NCBI GenBank assembly: GCA_046538485.1
Contig: JBKHIT010000001.1
Span: 1 to 64,000, forward strand
DNA: 64,000 bases
Direction: 5' to 3'
Origin: Candidatus Brocadiia bacterium
GTDB taxonomy: Bacteria > Planctomycetota > Brocadiia > SM23-32
Shown one piece after another: positions 19,764 through 29,186 of this stretch. A program made the position numbers and the translations under genes. Positions within the stretch are counted from its first letter, which is position 1. Each line of letters starts with the position of its first letter. A model generated the notes under the pieces. It ran no database searches. It worked only from the letters and a program-made list of their open reading frames with translations, and was not told the DNA's origin.

Positions 19764-20708
19764 CTATTCCCCCCGCAGCATGCCCTGCACAATCAGATCG
19801 ACGGCCTCTTCTTCGTCCATACCCCTCGCCATCAAAGTTTGAAGTTGTTTGGAATCAACACTCCCGATTGCGGCTTCGTGGGTCACACGGGCGAGCGGGT
19901 CGCGGACATCGACGACAGGTGTGGCTTTTGCCACAGCCTCGCCTTGCACAACTTCTTTGCAATCCACATGGCCGCGGGCGCCGGGAGCGGAAGCCGTCAG
20001 TTCGTTGTAAATATCGGCCACGGCCTGATCCCGGACGGCCACCCGGCTGAGGAGCGCTCCGGCTGAGTCTTCGCCTTCGAGGTGGCCGATCTCCCGGATG
20101 TTGATACGATCATCCTTGCGACCTGAAATTCGGGCGACCATTCGAAGCGAACTTCGGGCCGCACATCGCGTCTCGTAGTCAATATCGATCTCTCCGACCC
20201 GGCCTTCGATAAGCTCGAATTCCGTTTCAAAATGCGCACCTTCTCCGAGTTCCACCCTGGCCTCAGGTAGCACGACAACTCCGCCCTCGTTCCCATGGAC
20301 GTGTCGTTCTTCATAGCGGTAAGACGCGCCGTCTTCCACCCGGATTTCGGCTTCCATCTCGTGGCGGATATCCACAGCGTTCGGGAAGACACAGTGGGCG
20401 AGGATATCGACACTGCCCATCTCTTCGACCCCGACATCCAGGATTATCTTCTGCAACCCTTGTTCGGGCAGCACACCGAAACACATATGCACGGTCCGAT
20501 CGATTTTCATACCTTCTTCGACCGTGACCTGAAGGGCCACACCATCGTCCAGTTCTTCGGTTTCCGCCAGCAATCCTGGTACGAGATTCGCTCCGAGAAC
20601 TTCATTTTCGTGGACCACTACGTGTGCGATGTCCGAACTCGTCAGAGATTCGGAATCCTGCCCCAGTCGTTCGTAGAGGTCAACCATCATTTCGTAGTCA
20701 GTCGACAT
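19764..20708 (-). CDS. sufB: SufBD-family Fe-S scaffold protein (SmsB-type)
   Basis: Short (~314 aa) beta-helix protein: VHMCFG, AHCVFPN, RGHVDCKEVV, VTHEAAIGSVDSKQLQTLMARG. Confidence 0.88.
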   Translation of the reverse strand: MSTDYEMMVDLYERLGQDSESLTSSDIAHVVVHENEVLGANLVPGLLAETEELDDGVALQVTVEEGMKIDRTVHMCFGVLPEQGLQKIILDVGVEEMGSVDILAHCVFPNAVDIRHEMEAEIRVEDGASYRYEERHVHGNEGGVVVLPEARVELGEGAHFETEFELIEGRVGEIDIDYETRCAARSSLRMVARISGRKDDRINIREIGHLEGEDSAGALLSRVAVRDQAVADIYNELTASAPGARGHVDCKEVVQGEAVAKATPVVDVRDPLARVTHEAAIGSVDSKQLQTLMARGMDEEEAVDLIVQGMLRGE

Positions 20709-21438
20709 TCTCGCCCTCCACCAGATCGGGGTTGTGAATCTCACACGGGATACATTTCGTAGCGAAGTATGCAGCGATTTCCTCGCTGGTGCCGTTATCA
20801 ACGTCCTTCCCGCAACACATAAGCGTCGCAACATCCGCGTGAGAAAGGACTTCCCGACTATGCGTCACCAGCAGAACCGTCGTCCCCTCATCGCTACCGG
20901 TATCCAGCAGTTCGAAAATCGCATTCAGGGCTTCCACATCGATCCCGGAATCCGGTTCATCCAAAATCATTAGCTTGGGCCGCATTACGATGATGGAGGC
21001 CACTTCCACCCGTTTTCGCTCTCCCCCACTCAGTCCGGTATCAACATCTCGATCCAGGTAATTATCGGGGTCAAGTGCGACACTCGCGAGGGCTTCCCGC
21101 AACCTTTCTTCTCCGTCTTCGTCAGCACCCACAGAGAGAAAATCACGGACGCTGATTCCTTCAAATCGCGCCGGTTCTTGCCACGCCAAACTCATCCCCA
21201 GACGTGCTCGTTCATCCACTGGAACTCCTGCCAAATCCTTGCCGCCGAAAACAATCGCCCCCGAATCGGGCTGATAACCCGGCAATCCCATAATGGCATA
21301 TGACAACGTGCTTTTGCCGGCACCATTTGGTCCGACAACGGCATGGACGCTATTCCTCTCAACACTCAAATTGAGTCCGCGAAGTATCTTCGTATCTTCG
21401 ACGGAATACCAAAGATTTCGCACTTCCAGAAGGCACAT
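20698..21438 (-). CDS. sufC: SufC-like ABC ATPase (SmsC-type)
   Basis: GPNGAGKST, LSGGERKR, LDEPDSGID, VTH; C-terminal MCCG...FATKCIPC; overlaps the sufB-like gene. Confidence 0.9.
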   Translation of the reverse strand: MCLLEVRNLWYSVEDTKILRGLNLSVERNSVHAVVGPNGAGKSTLSYAIMGLPGYQPDSGAIVFGGKDLAGVPVDERARLGMSLAWQEPARFEGISVRDFLSVGADEDGEERLREALASVALDPDNYLDRDVDTGLSGGERKRVEVASIIVMRPKLMILDEPDSGIDVEALNAIFELLDTGSDEGTTVLLVTHSREVLSHADVATLMCCGKDVDNGTSEEIAAYFATKCIPCEIHNPDLVEGENVD

Positions 21439-21510
21439 ACGGGGCTCCTCAGGCCAGCTTGACCGGGAGACAACGGAAAAATACTACACTAATCCACAAT
21501 AAAGGATCGA

Positions 21511-22587
21511 TCAAATGCAGACAGCTTTCTCCAGAAATTCTTTGCCTTCGAAGATTTCCATTCGCACCTGGAACTCCAGAATTGGGACTTTCAAGTCGTT
21601 TTGCAAAAGTCGACGGATTTTGACCGCATCTTTCTCTGTCGTGATCAAACCTCTGCATTCCTCACGTACGGCTTTTTCCTCCAGCGAATGAACCTCACAC
21701 ATGTTGTAGCGGTGATGATCTGGAAAAATTTCAAAACTCGCAACGTCAACTGATTCTTGCTCAAGGGTCCGTCGGAAGGCCAGAGGGTTACCCAATGCAC
21801 AAAAGGCAAGCCATCTCCCATCAGCCAGGTCGCTCAAATCGAATTCATGATCAACTTTCGGCTTCGAACTCAGGGTTTTAACCCCACACGGCGCATGCCG
21901 CGCCAGTGCAACAGGGATTTCCGATGCGGTTCGACGGATCTTTTCGCGGATCTTTTCCAGTTCCTCCTCTCCCACCTGGTCTGCCCGCGTCACAACCACC
22001 AGGTCCGCCCGCACCAAACCGCTCAGGGGCTCACGCAATGTTCCTCGGGGGAGCATATGCCCCGCGCCAAAAGGCTGCATAGCATCGATCAAAACAACAT
22101 CCAGATCGCGTTTCAGGCGACGGTGCTGAAACCCGTCATCAAGGACAAGCACGTCGGCCCCATATTGTCGAACCGCTTCTCCCGCCCCCTCCACCCTATC
22201 AGGATTCACAACCGCCGGCACGTCTTCCAGATACCTGGAAAGCATCTCATTCTCATCATCCACGCCGGTCTGAGAATCCCGCCCATATCCCCGGCTCAAA
22301 ACAGCCGGGAAGTGGCCCTTTTTTTTCAGTTCATCAACGAGCCACACGACAAATGGCGTTTTACCGGTGCCGCCAGCCGTCAGGTTGCCAATGCTGATTA
22401 CCGGCGCCTCGCTGCTGTGGGATGTCAGCCAGCCGTGGTCGTAAGCCTTATTGCGCAAAATCGCCACAAAAGCATAGACAGCGGACGGAAAGAGCAAAAT
22501 AAAACGCATTAAACACAGAATCGGTCCCTTCTGCTCTGGATCCGTTATCTTGCGGTGCAGATCGACGATATTTGCTCTGAGGCTCAT
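21511..22587 (-). CDS. lpxK: Tetraacyldisaccharide 4'-kinase
   Basis: VISIGNLTAGGTGKTP, LSRGYG, LDDGFQH, LPRGTLRE, FPDHH, TTEKDAVK. Confidence 0.96.
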   Translation of the reverse strand: MSLRANIVDLHRKITDPEQKGPILCLMRFILLFPSAVYAFVAILRNKAYDHGWLTSHSSEAPVISIGNLTAGGTGKTPFVVWLVDELKKKGHFPAVLSRGYGRDSQTGVDDENEMLSRYLEDVPAVVNPDRVEGAGEAVRQYGADVLVLDDGFQHRRLKRDLDVVLIDAMQPFGAGHMLPRGTLREPLSGLVRADLVVVTRADQVGEEELEKIREKIRRTASEIPVALARHAPCGVKTLSSKPKVDHEFDLSDLADGRWLAFCALGNPLAFRRTLEQESVDVASFEIFPDHHRYNMCEVHSLEEKAVREECRGLITTEKDAVKIRRLLQNDLKVPILEFQVRMEIFEGKEFLEKAVCI

Positions 22588-22768
22588 TTTCAGGTTAATC
22601 CGCTCTATCCGTCATCCCGCAAAAACGCTGAAAGACGCTTGCACAGCTCGGTCTGTTAACTAAAATACAGTTCCAGAACCATCCCGAGCAAGTGGAGGAC
22701 GGTTTTTGCATTTGCGCATTGCCACAAATCGATATCGAAAGACGTTTTCGAAATGAGAGGAAAGAGCC

Positions 22769-23785
22769 ATGATCAAAGTCGGAATAATCGGCCTGGGCGG
22801 AATGGGTAATATGCACTTTGGTGTGTACGAAGAGGTCGACGATGCGGAGGTCGTCGCTCTGGCAGACGCGGATGAAGAACGGCTCAAACCGGGTAAAAGT
22901 GCACAGGAGATCAACGTCGGTGAGGGAGGTGCCTCAATTGACCCCGAAAAACATAGCCTCTACACCGATGCTGAAGAACTCCTGGCCGATGACGAAGTGG
23001 ACATGGTTGACATCTGTCTGCCCACTTTTCTCCACGCCGAAATTGCCGTTAAAGCCATCGAAGCGGGCAAACATGTGCTCTGCGAGAAACCGATGGCCCT
23101 GACGCGCGAGGAATGCGACGATGTGCTGGCAGCTCTGGACGAAGGAGATGTCCAGATGATGGTGGCTCAATGCATCCGTTTTTGGCCCGAATACGTCTAT
23201 TTGAAAGAAACCGTCGAATCCAACCGTATGGGCAAACTACTTTCGGCCGAATTCTGGCGTGGCGGTTCAATACCGGAGTGGTCGTGGGATGGTTGGCTCA
23301 AAGACCACGAAAGGAGCGGAGGCGCAATCCTGGACCTCCACGTTCACGACACCGATTTTGTTCAATATCTGCTCGGCCGCCCGCGCGGAGTCTGCTCCAC
23401 CGGCGCAACAGGCCCCTCCGGAGGATATGACGTCGTTGATACGGTATACCTGTATGAGGACAAGATCTCCGTCCACACCGGGGCGAATATGGGATTGCCT
23501 CCGGCCTTCGGTTTCGAGATGAAATACGCTGTCGCCTTTGAGAAAGGATGCTTGACCTTCAGCAGCAAACACAGCCCCGGTTTGATGGAGTTCACATCCG
23601 AAGGATCGCACCATCCCGATACAAAACAAACGGATGGATATCACGAAGAGATCGAATATTTCGTCGAGTGTCTTGAAAATAACGAAGTCCCGGCCGTCTG
23701 CACGCCCGACTCGGCCGCCTATTCTATTGCCCTTGCCGAAGCAGAAATCAGCTCAATCGAGAGCGGTGATGTCGTGGAAATTTAA
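22769..23785 (+). CDS. Gfo/Idh/MocA family oxidoreductase
   Basis: VGIIGLGGMG, HVLCEKPMA, GGAILDLHVHD. Confidence 0.93.
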   Translation: MIKVGIIGLGGMGNMHFGVYEEVDDAEVVALADADEERLKPGKSAQEINVGEGGASIDPEKHSLYTDAEELLADDEVDMVDICLPTFLHAEIAVKAIEAGKHVLCEKPMALTREECDDVLAALDEGDVQMMVAQCIRFWPEYVYLKETVESNRMGKLLSAEFWRGGSIPEWSWDGWLKDHERSGGAILDLHVHDTDFVQYLLGRPRGVCSTGATGPSGGYDVVDTVYLYEDKISVHTGANMGLPPAFGFEMKYAVAFEKGCLTFSSKHSPGLMEFTSEGSHHPDTKQTDGYHEEIEYFVECLENNEVPAVCTPDSAAYSIALAEAEISSIESGDVVEI

Positions 23786-23844
23786 GACGTTTACCGGGGC
23801 GGGAAAAATCACCAAAACTTAACATAGAGGTAACTGTAAACGAC

Positions 23845-23873
23845 TTGAGTCTGAGAGATTCATGCGTTATCTT
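23845..23873 (+). promoter_or_regulatory. Putative sigma70 promoter for the HNH gene
   Basis: TTGAGT-N17-TATCTT, 32 bp upstream of ATG 23906. Confidence 0.4.
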
Positions 23874-23905
23874 ACTTGTAGAATGAACTTTGAGAGGTAA
23901 ACGTT

Positions 23906-24535
23906 ATGTCTGCGCCCGCGCTTGATTCCAGTGTGCTGGTTTTGAACTCATCACTGGTGGCGGTCGATATTACAACCGCCCGGCGGGCATTCTGTTTGCT
24001 TTGCAAAGCCGCCGCAGAGGTCGTTGACGTCTCGGAGGGACGATTTGAGTTTCATGGATTCGAAAGCTGGCAAGAAGTCAGCGAATTCAAAAGAAAACAC
24101 GGGCTGGCAGACGACGAAGCGGAATGGGTTTCAACAGTAACTTATGAGATCGAAGTGCCGCGGGTGATCCGGCTGTTGTTCTACGACCGGTATCCACAGC
24201 GGACTGTGGCGTTGAACCGCCGAAATCTATTCGCACGGGACGAAAACCGTTGCCAGTACTGCGGGAAAAAGTTCCCAACCTCGGAATTGAGCCTCGACCA
24301 CGTGGTTCCGACATCGATGGGCGGCAAAACAACGTGGGAAAATGTCGTATGTGCCTGTACGGAGTGCAATAAACGCAAAGGCGGTCGCACGCCCGCTCAG
24401 GCCAGAATGCATTTGATCCGGGAACCCGTCCGCCCCAAACGCAACCCACAGATCAAACTCAAATTGCGGCGGAAAAAGTATTATTCGTGGAAACATTTCC
24501 TGGACGACGCCTACTGGTCGGTGAAACTCGAGTAA
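23906..24535 (+). CDS. HNH endonuclease-domain protein (McrA-like)
   Basis: VLVLN N-terminus, PRVIRL, RDENRCQYCG...DHVVP..GG..WENVVCAC..CNKRKG. Confidence 0.92.
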   Translation: MSAPALDSSVLVLNSSLVAVDITTARRAFCLLCKAAAEVVDVSEGRFEFHGFESWQEVSEFKRKHGLADDEAEWVSTVTYEIEVPRVIRLLFYDRYPQRTVALNRRNLFARDENRCQYCGKKFPTSELSLDHVVPTSMGGKTTWENVVCACTECNKRKGGRTPAQARMHLIREPVRPKRNPQIKLKLRRKKYYSWKHFLDDAYWSVKLE

Positions 24536-24560
24536 AGGGCGTTTGTCACCGGGAACCGTT

Positions 24561-24636
24561 CGTCCTTTCGAGGGCCAACGGCGCCCCATATACCAGCCCG
24601 GGCTGGAGCGGGCTGACAGCCCGCGGAGGCCTGAGT
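24561..24636 (+). repeat. REP-like palindromic repeat, family B, copy 2
   Basis: AGGGCCAACGGCG...ACCAGCCCGGG...GCGGGCTGACAGCCCGC hairpin directly after the HNH stop. Confidence 0.55.
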
Positions 24637-24695
24637 AATGATGAGAAAAAAAATCGGCCCATCAATTCGATGAATTTCTAAACAAAGCAGGAGGA

Positions 24696-25529
24696 ATGGA
24701 GATGTATAACTGGAAAAAGATTATCGCATTATTCGGAATCCTCAGCCTTATGGTCGGGTCAATCAGTGCCCAGGATGTTGCTGTCCATATCCGATCGGAA
24801 AAGCATAAAGGCGAAGAAACAAAGGAAGTTGAGTCATCAACACTCTATATATCCAGAAAAAACGTAAAGGGAGTTACTGAAGATAATTCTGGATATTTCA
24901 TTTTCCGAGGTGATGAAAAAACAATATGGTTTGTCGAGGACGAAAAAGAAACTGCCACTGAGATTAGCGAAGAAGCGATCAAAAAAATCAGCGCTCAGCT
25001 GGACAAAATAAGAAAAAAACTTGACGACATGCCCGACGAACAAAGGGAGATGGTAAAGCGTATGATGCAGCAAAAGATGAAAAACTTTGAGCTTCCGCCT
25101 GAGGGTGAAAAAGAGGACTTGAAGCTTAAGAGAACAGAGCAAACAAAAACGATCAACGACTATTCCTGCAAAAAAGTGGAAGTTTGGAAGGGTTCTGCAA
25201 AAATAGCGGATATGTGGATTGCTGAGTGGGACAGTGTACAATACACAGAAGAGTTGAAATCGGCCTATGTAGAAATGGCCGAGTTTGCTCATTCATTGCG
25301 TAGTATATTGAGTAATAGCCTGCGTCAGAACTATATACAAATGCCGATCACACCGTCTGGTTTAGGTGAAGAAGCCGGGGGGATACCGATATGTACTGTC
25401 CATTATACTGAAGATAACGAAATCGCCAGCAAAACCACTGTGAAAAAAATCGAAGCAGTTGATCTATCTGAGGAGAGTTTTCGGCCACCTGAAAACTATA
25501 AATTGACGAAACCGCAAATCTCGAAATAA
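24696..25529 (+). CDS. Secreted DUF4412-like protein
   Basis: Signal peptide; TKTINDYSCKKV and FRPPENYK motifs; AGGAGG RBS; visibly more A-rich than neighbours. Confidence 0.7.
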   Translation: MEMYNWKKIIALFGILSLMVGSISAQDVAVHIRSEKHKGEETKEVESSTLYISRKNVKGVTEDNSGYFIFRGDEKTIWFVEDEKETATEISEEAIKKISAQLDKIRKKLDDMPDEQREMVKRMMQQKMKNFELPPEGEKEDLKLKRTEQTKTINDYSCKKVEVWKGSAKIADMWIAEWDSVQYTEELKSAYVEMAEFAHSLRSILSNSLRQNYIQMPITPSGLGEEAGGIPICTVHYTEDNEIASKTTVKKIEAVDLSEESFRPPENYKLTKPQISK

Positions 25530-25900
25530 CTCTCGAAAGGTAGCTCTGAAGAACACTTATTGTGGCTGACAGGTGGCAGTAAGTTATGGCTGGAATTCAG
25601 AGGATCGGGCACATGAGGGGAAAGTGCGGGGACAACCGGCTTTGAAGGGAGGAGGGGACGTGCCATAGCAAGTGCTCGTCAACAAACGGGATACGCCCCC
25701 CATCAAAGGGGCTTAGCTACTGTTCTACATGTGTTTGGGTTGTAATTGGGGACGTACCATGGCATCTTATTGCTCAAACAGCGTTTACGGATTTCAAAGG
25801 GCCTCTCAGAGGGCTTAAAAAGGATTTTCACCCCACAATTGTAGGTTGAATCCTTAAGCACGCCGGGACAAGCCCGGCGGATTTGTAAGCAGGTCCGAAC

Positions 25901-26035
25901 CCGCGAGCGGACTGGACTTCAGCCGGAGGCTGGAGTTCAGAACGCGGTGCAGAAACCTGCGAACCCCGCAGCACAAAGACCAACAACGAACGGCAGGTCC
26001 GCCTCGGCGATGCGGACCGACAGCTACCTGGCATT
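25901..26035 (+). repeat. REP-like dispersed repeat, family A, copy 2
   Basis: CCGCGAGCGGACTGGACTTCAGCCGGAGGCTGGAGTTCAGAACGCGG...GGCAGGTCCGCCTCGGCGATGCGGACCGACAGCT. Confidence 0.85.
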
Positions 26036-26316
26036 TTCCGGCATCTGTCCGCCTCAAGTCCAGTTTCGCCCGCCGGGGCGGGCTCAGCTGAACTCGAGTC
26101 TGCAGGATACGCGGTCGAGAAGCGGGGTTGCAAGCTTACAGAATGATTGAGACCAGACATAAGTTTATGTTACAACAACCTTTAACGACTTTTCCGCAGG
26201 AAACTTGAGGAATTTGCGCTCGGTGCAATGGGAACAGGCAGCACGATTTTCGGGAAATGTCCGGCTACCAGCACCAGAAGGGACCCACAGCGCAAATTCC
26301 TCTTCCTCAAAAAGTC

Positions 26317-26344
26317 TTGACACACAAGTGCAATTACGTAATAC
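26317..26344 (+). promoter_or_regulatory. Putative sigma70 promoter upstream of hybrid kinase 1
   Basis: TTGACA-N16-TAATAC. Confidence 0.45.
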
Positions 26345-26700
26345 TCAACGTATGTAACTTCCTCTAAAACCTTCAGGCTTTATGTTATTCGCCGCCCGGA
26401 CAACGGGGTTCGGTCCCCTTTCCCTTCATCGGGGTGTCCTATTTATTACATTATCAACAAGACAAAACCCTCCTCTGCTTCCCCCCCAACGTCGATAGAT
26501 TTGCCGAACATCGTTTACGTATTGGTACCGTCAGGCTTTGCTGCTGAAGATCGCAACCGCCCGATTCACAAATCGTCCCGAGCAGGGTTGCAGAAAAATA
26601 TACGGGACGATGGATTCGGCAGATCAAAAAAGCGCGGCGCAGAAAATTATTTCTGGTTCAGGCGAAGTTTCATGCCCAAAGTTAGAACAGGCGTAATGGA

Positions 26701-28836
26701 ATGAAGCACCAGTACAACCAAGGCGATCGCGAGATCTCGACGATTCGCGAGGAGGCAAGGTTTATTAATCGCGTGCTGCGTTCCATACGAGACATCAATC
26801 AGCTCATTGTAAAGGAGAAAAACCGGCAAAAGCTCATTGAGTCCGCTTGCAAATGTTTCACTCGCACCCGTGGTTTTAACGGCGCATGGATTGTACTCAC
26901 TGATCGTGGATTTGACCAGATTGATTACGCAAATTCAGGTATTCCCGAAGAGCCCTTCGCCGCCTTCATCAGCAAGTTTCAGGAGGGAGACCTTTCGCCG
27001 TGCTGTGAAAAAGCCCGGGAGACTTCAGATGTATGCGTCAAGATGAATCCTGCCAAAGATTGCACCGAATGTCCCCTGGCAAAGATTTACAAAGGCTCTG
27101 CCGCTCTATCTGCCCCACTACAGCACGAAGATCAGTATTACGGATATATTGGGGTTTCCGTCCCGAAGCGGTTTATCAACGAACAGGAAAAGTCACTCCT
27201 CCGAGAAGTAACCGGCGATATTGGCTTCGCTCTTTCTGCGATCGATCAAGAACAGCGGCGCCGCCAGATCGAAGAAGCACTTCAGCAGTCGGAGCGAGAG
27301 AAAAAAAGCATTCTCGATGCGCAGGGAGAGCATGTTATTCTCCAGGACCCCGACCTGACCATTCGGTGGCCGAACAAAGCCGCCTGCGATTCGGCCGGCA
27401 TGAGCCGACATGAGCTTACCGGCCGACGTTGCTACGAAATCTGGGCGGAGGAAGATTCCCCGTGCGATGACTGTCCCGTGCTGGAAGCCATGGAAACGGG
27501 TGAGGCACAGGAAATCGAGAAAACAACGCCCGATGGCCAGTCCTGGTACATCCGTGGCTACCCGCTTCGCGATGCTCGCGGAAACATTACCGGCGGCGTT
27601 GAAGTCACACACAACATCACGAACCGGAAAAAGATGGAAGCTCAGTTGAAAGAAACCAATGAAGAACTTGCGGAAACGCTCCGTGAGCTTCGAGAAACCC
27701 AACAACAAGTCGTTACTCAGGAACGTCACCGTGCTCTATCTCAGATGGCGAGCAGCATCGCCCACGATTTCAACAATGCACTGTCCACCATTCGAGGATT
27801 CAGCGACCTGCTTCTGGAATCGGAAGATAAGCTGGACGACCGGGAGAGCACCAAACGGTATCTGGAACACATACGCAAAGCCGCCAGCAATGCTGCCGAA
27901 ACCGTCCGCCGTATGCGCAAATTCTACCGTCCTCGCGAAGATCAAGAGTTCACTTCGCTTGATCTCAACTCAATCATCGAAGAAACCATCTCGATGACCA
28001 AACCACGCTGGAAGGAAGAAGCTCGCGCACAGAGTGCGGAAATCAAAGTCCAGAAAGACCTTGGGCAGCTGGACGAAATTGCCGGGAATGAAGCTGAGTT
28101 GTACGAGGCACTCACCAACTTTGTCTTCAACGCCGTCGATGCCATGCCGGACGGCGGGACACTGACTTTCCGCACGAGGCAAAAAGAGGATAATATCGTT
28201 CTGGAAGTGCAAGATACCGGAGTGGGCATGCCCGAGGAGGTTCGGCGACATTGTCTCGACCCATTCTTCACCACCAAAGGCGAAACCGGCACGGGACTCG
28301 GCCTCTCGACCGTCAGCGGAACCGTGAAACGGCACGATGGGCATATAACGGTGGAAAGTCGAGAGAACCAGGGGACGACATTCCGCATCAGGCTCCCGGT
28401 TCGGGCGATATCAGAAACCGCAAAGGAAAACGGAGAGGCCCCTGAGGGAAAAACACCCCCTCTTAAGATTCTGGTCGTCGAAGATGAAAAGGACCAACGG
28501 GAGTTGCTGACACAGTACCTTGAACTCGATGGGCATAAAGTGGACGTTAAACAAAATGGGAACGAAGGTCTCCGCACATTCATGAACGGTTATTACGATC
28601 TGGTAATAACCGATCGTTCGATGCCGGAGATCAGCGGCGATGTTTTTGCTGCTCGGGTCAAAAAAGAAGCCCCTCAGAAGCCCGTTATCATGCTGACCGG
28701 TTTCGGCGATATGATGGAGGCAGCAGGTGAAGATGTCCCGGGGGTCGAGGTGCTTCTCTCGAAACCCGTCACGCTCGACCAGCTCCGGGAAGCTCTGATC
28801 AAAGTGATGAATCGAAACGAACGGCAAGGCAGCTAA
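26701..28836 (+). CDS. Hybrid sensor histidine kinase 1 (GAF-PAS-HisKA-HATPase-REC)
   Basis: H-box IAHDFNNAL, N-box NFVFNAVDA, G1 DTGVGM, F-box PFFTTK, G2 GTGLGL; REC with VVED, LVITDRSMP, LSKP. Confidence 0.95.
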   Translation: MKHQYNQGDREISTIREEARFINRVLRSIRDINQLIVKEKNRQKLIESACKCFTRTRGFNGAWIVLTDRGFDQIDYANSGIPEEPFAAFISKFQEGDLSPCCEKARETSDVCVKMNPAKDCTECPLAKIYKGSAALSAPLQHEDQYYGYIGVSVPKRFINEQEKSLLREVTGDIGFALSAIDQEQRRRQIEEALQQSEREKKSILDAQGEHVILQDPDLTIRWPNKAACDSAGMSRHELTGRRCYEIWAEEDSPCDDCPVLEAMETGEAQEIEKTTPDGQSWYIRGYPLRDARGNITGGVEVTHNITNRKKMEAQLKETNEELAETLRELRETQQQVVTQERHRALSQMASSIAHDFNNALSTIRGFSDLLLESEDKLDDRESTKRYLEHIRKAASNAAETVRRMRKFYRPREDQEFTSLDLNSIIEETISMTKPRWKEEARAQSAEIKVQKDLGQLDEIAGNEAELYEALTNFVFNAVDAMPDGGTLTFRTRQKEDNIVLEVQDTGVGMPEEVRRHCLDPFFTTKGETGTGLGLSTVSGTVKRHDGHITVESRENQGTTFRIRLPVRAISETAKENGEAPEGKTPPLKILVVEDEKDQRELLTQYLELDGHKVDVKQNGNEGLRTFMNGYYDLVITDRSMPEISGDVFAARVKKEAPQKPVIMLTGFGDMMEAAGEDVPGVEVLLSKPVTLDQLREALIKVMNRNERQGS

Positions 28837-29046
28837 CAGGATACCGAGTTTGCGGGGCCGGGAGCCGCGAGTGGACTGGACTTCAGCCGGAGGCTGGAGT
28901 TCAGAACGCGGGCCATAAACCGACAGGTCTCGGAGCAAAACAGCAGAACAACCAGCGGCAGGTCCGCCTCGGCGATGCGGATCGACAGCTATCTGGCATT
29001 GTCCGAACCCGGAACAGCTCTCGGCTTCTGGAAACGTCCCACAATA
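28774..29046 (+). repeat. 273-bp direct repeat, copy 1 (kinase 3' end plus REP family A copy 3)
   Basis: Near-identical to 34922-35194 at offset 6148 bp. Confidence 0.93.
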
Positions 29047-29117
29047 CACCCCGGCCTCACGTACCCGAGATGCCGCATAGATGTAGGGCCCGGTCGCCGA
29101 GCGCGCCCTGCCGTTCA

Positions 29118-29186
29118 CTGCCCTGAAAGGGCAGCAGATAATAGGCCGGGGTGCAGACGGCTGAAAGTCGTCGGAGCCCTGGGATA
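29118..29186 (+). repeat. REP-like palindromic repeat, family B, copy 3
   Basis: CTGCCCTGAAAGGGCAG hairpin followed by TAGGCCGGGG...GACGGCTGAAAGTCGTC...GCCCTGGG. Confidence 0.55.

Noticed and set aside
23906..24535. HNH gene as a defence, IscB or homing system
   Set aside because: Stand-alone short HNH with no RuvC motifs, methylase, intron or adjacent array; it looks like the common chromosomal family.
25828..26160. Short ORFs over the REP-like repeats (also 28975-29616 and 34981-35190)
   Set aside because: GC-rich palindromic repeats give stop-free frames; no RBS or coding signature.
26398..26440. Minus-strand CCGATGAAG...GAAA as a hammerhead ribozyme
   Set aside because: Core differs from CUGANGA and the stem arrangement does not fit.
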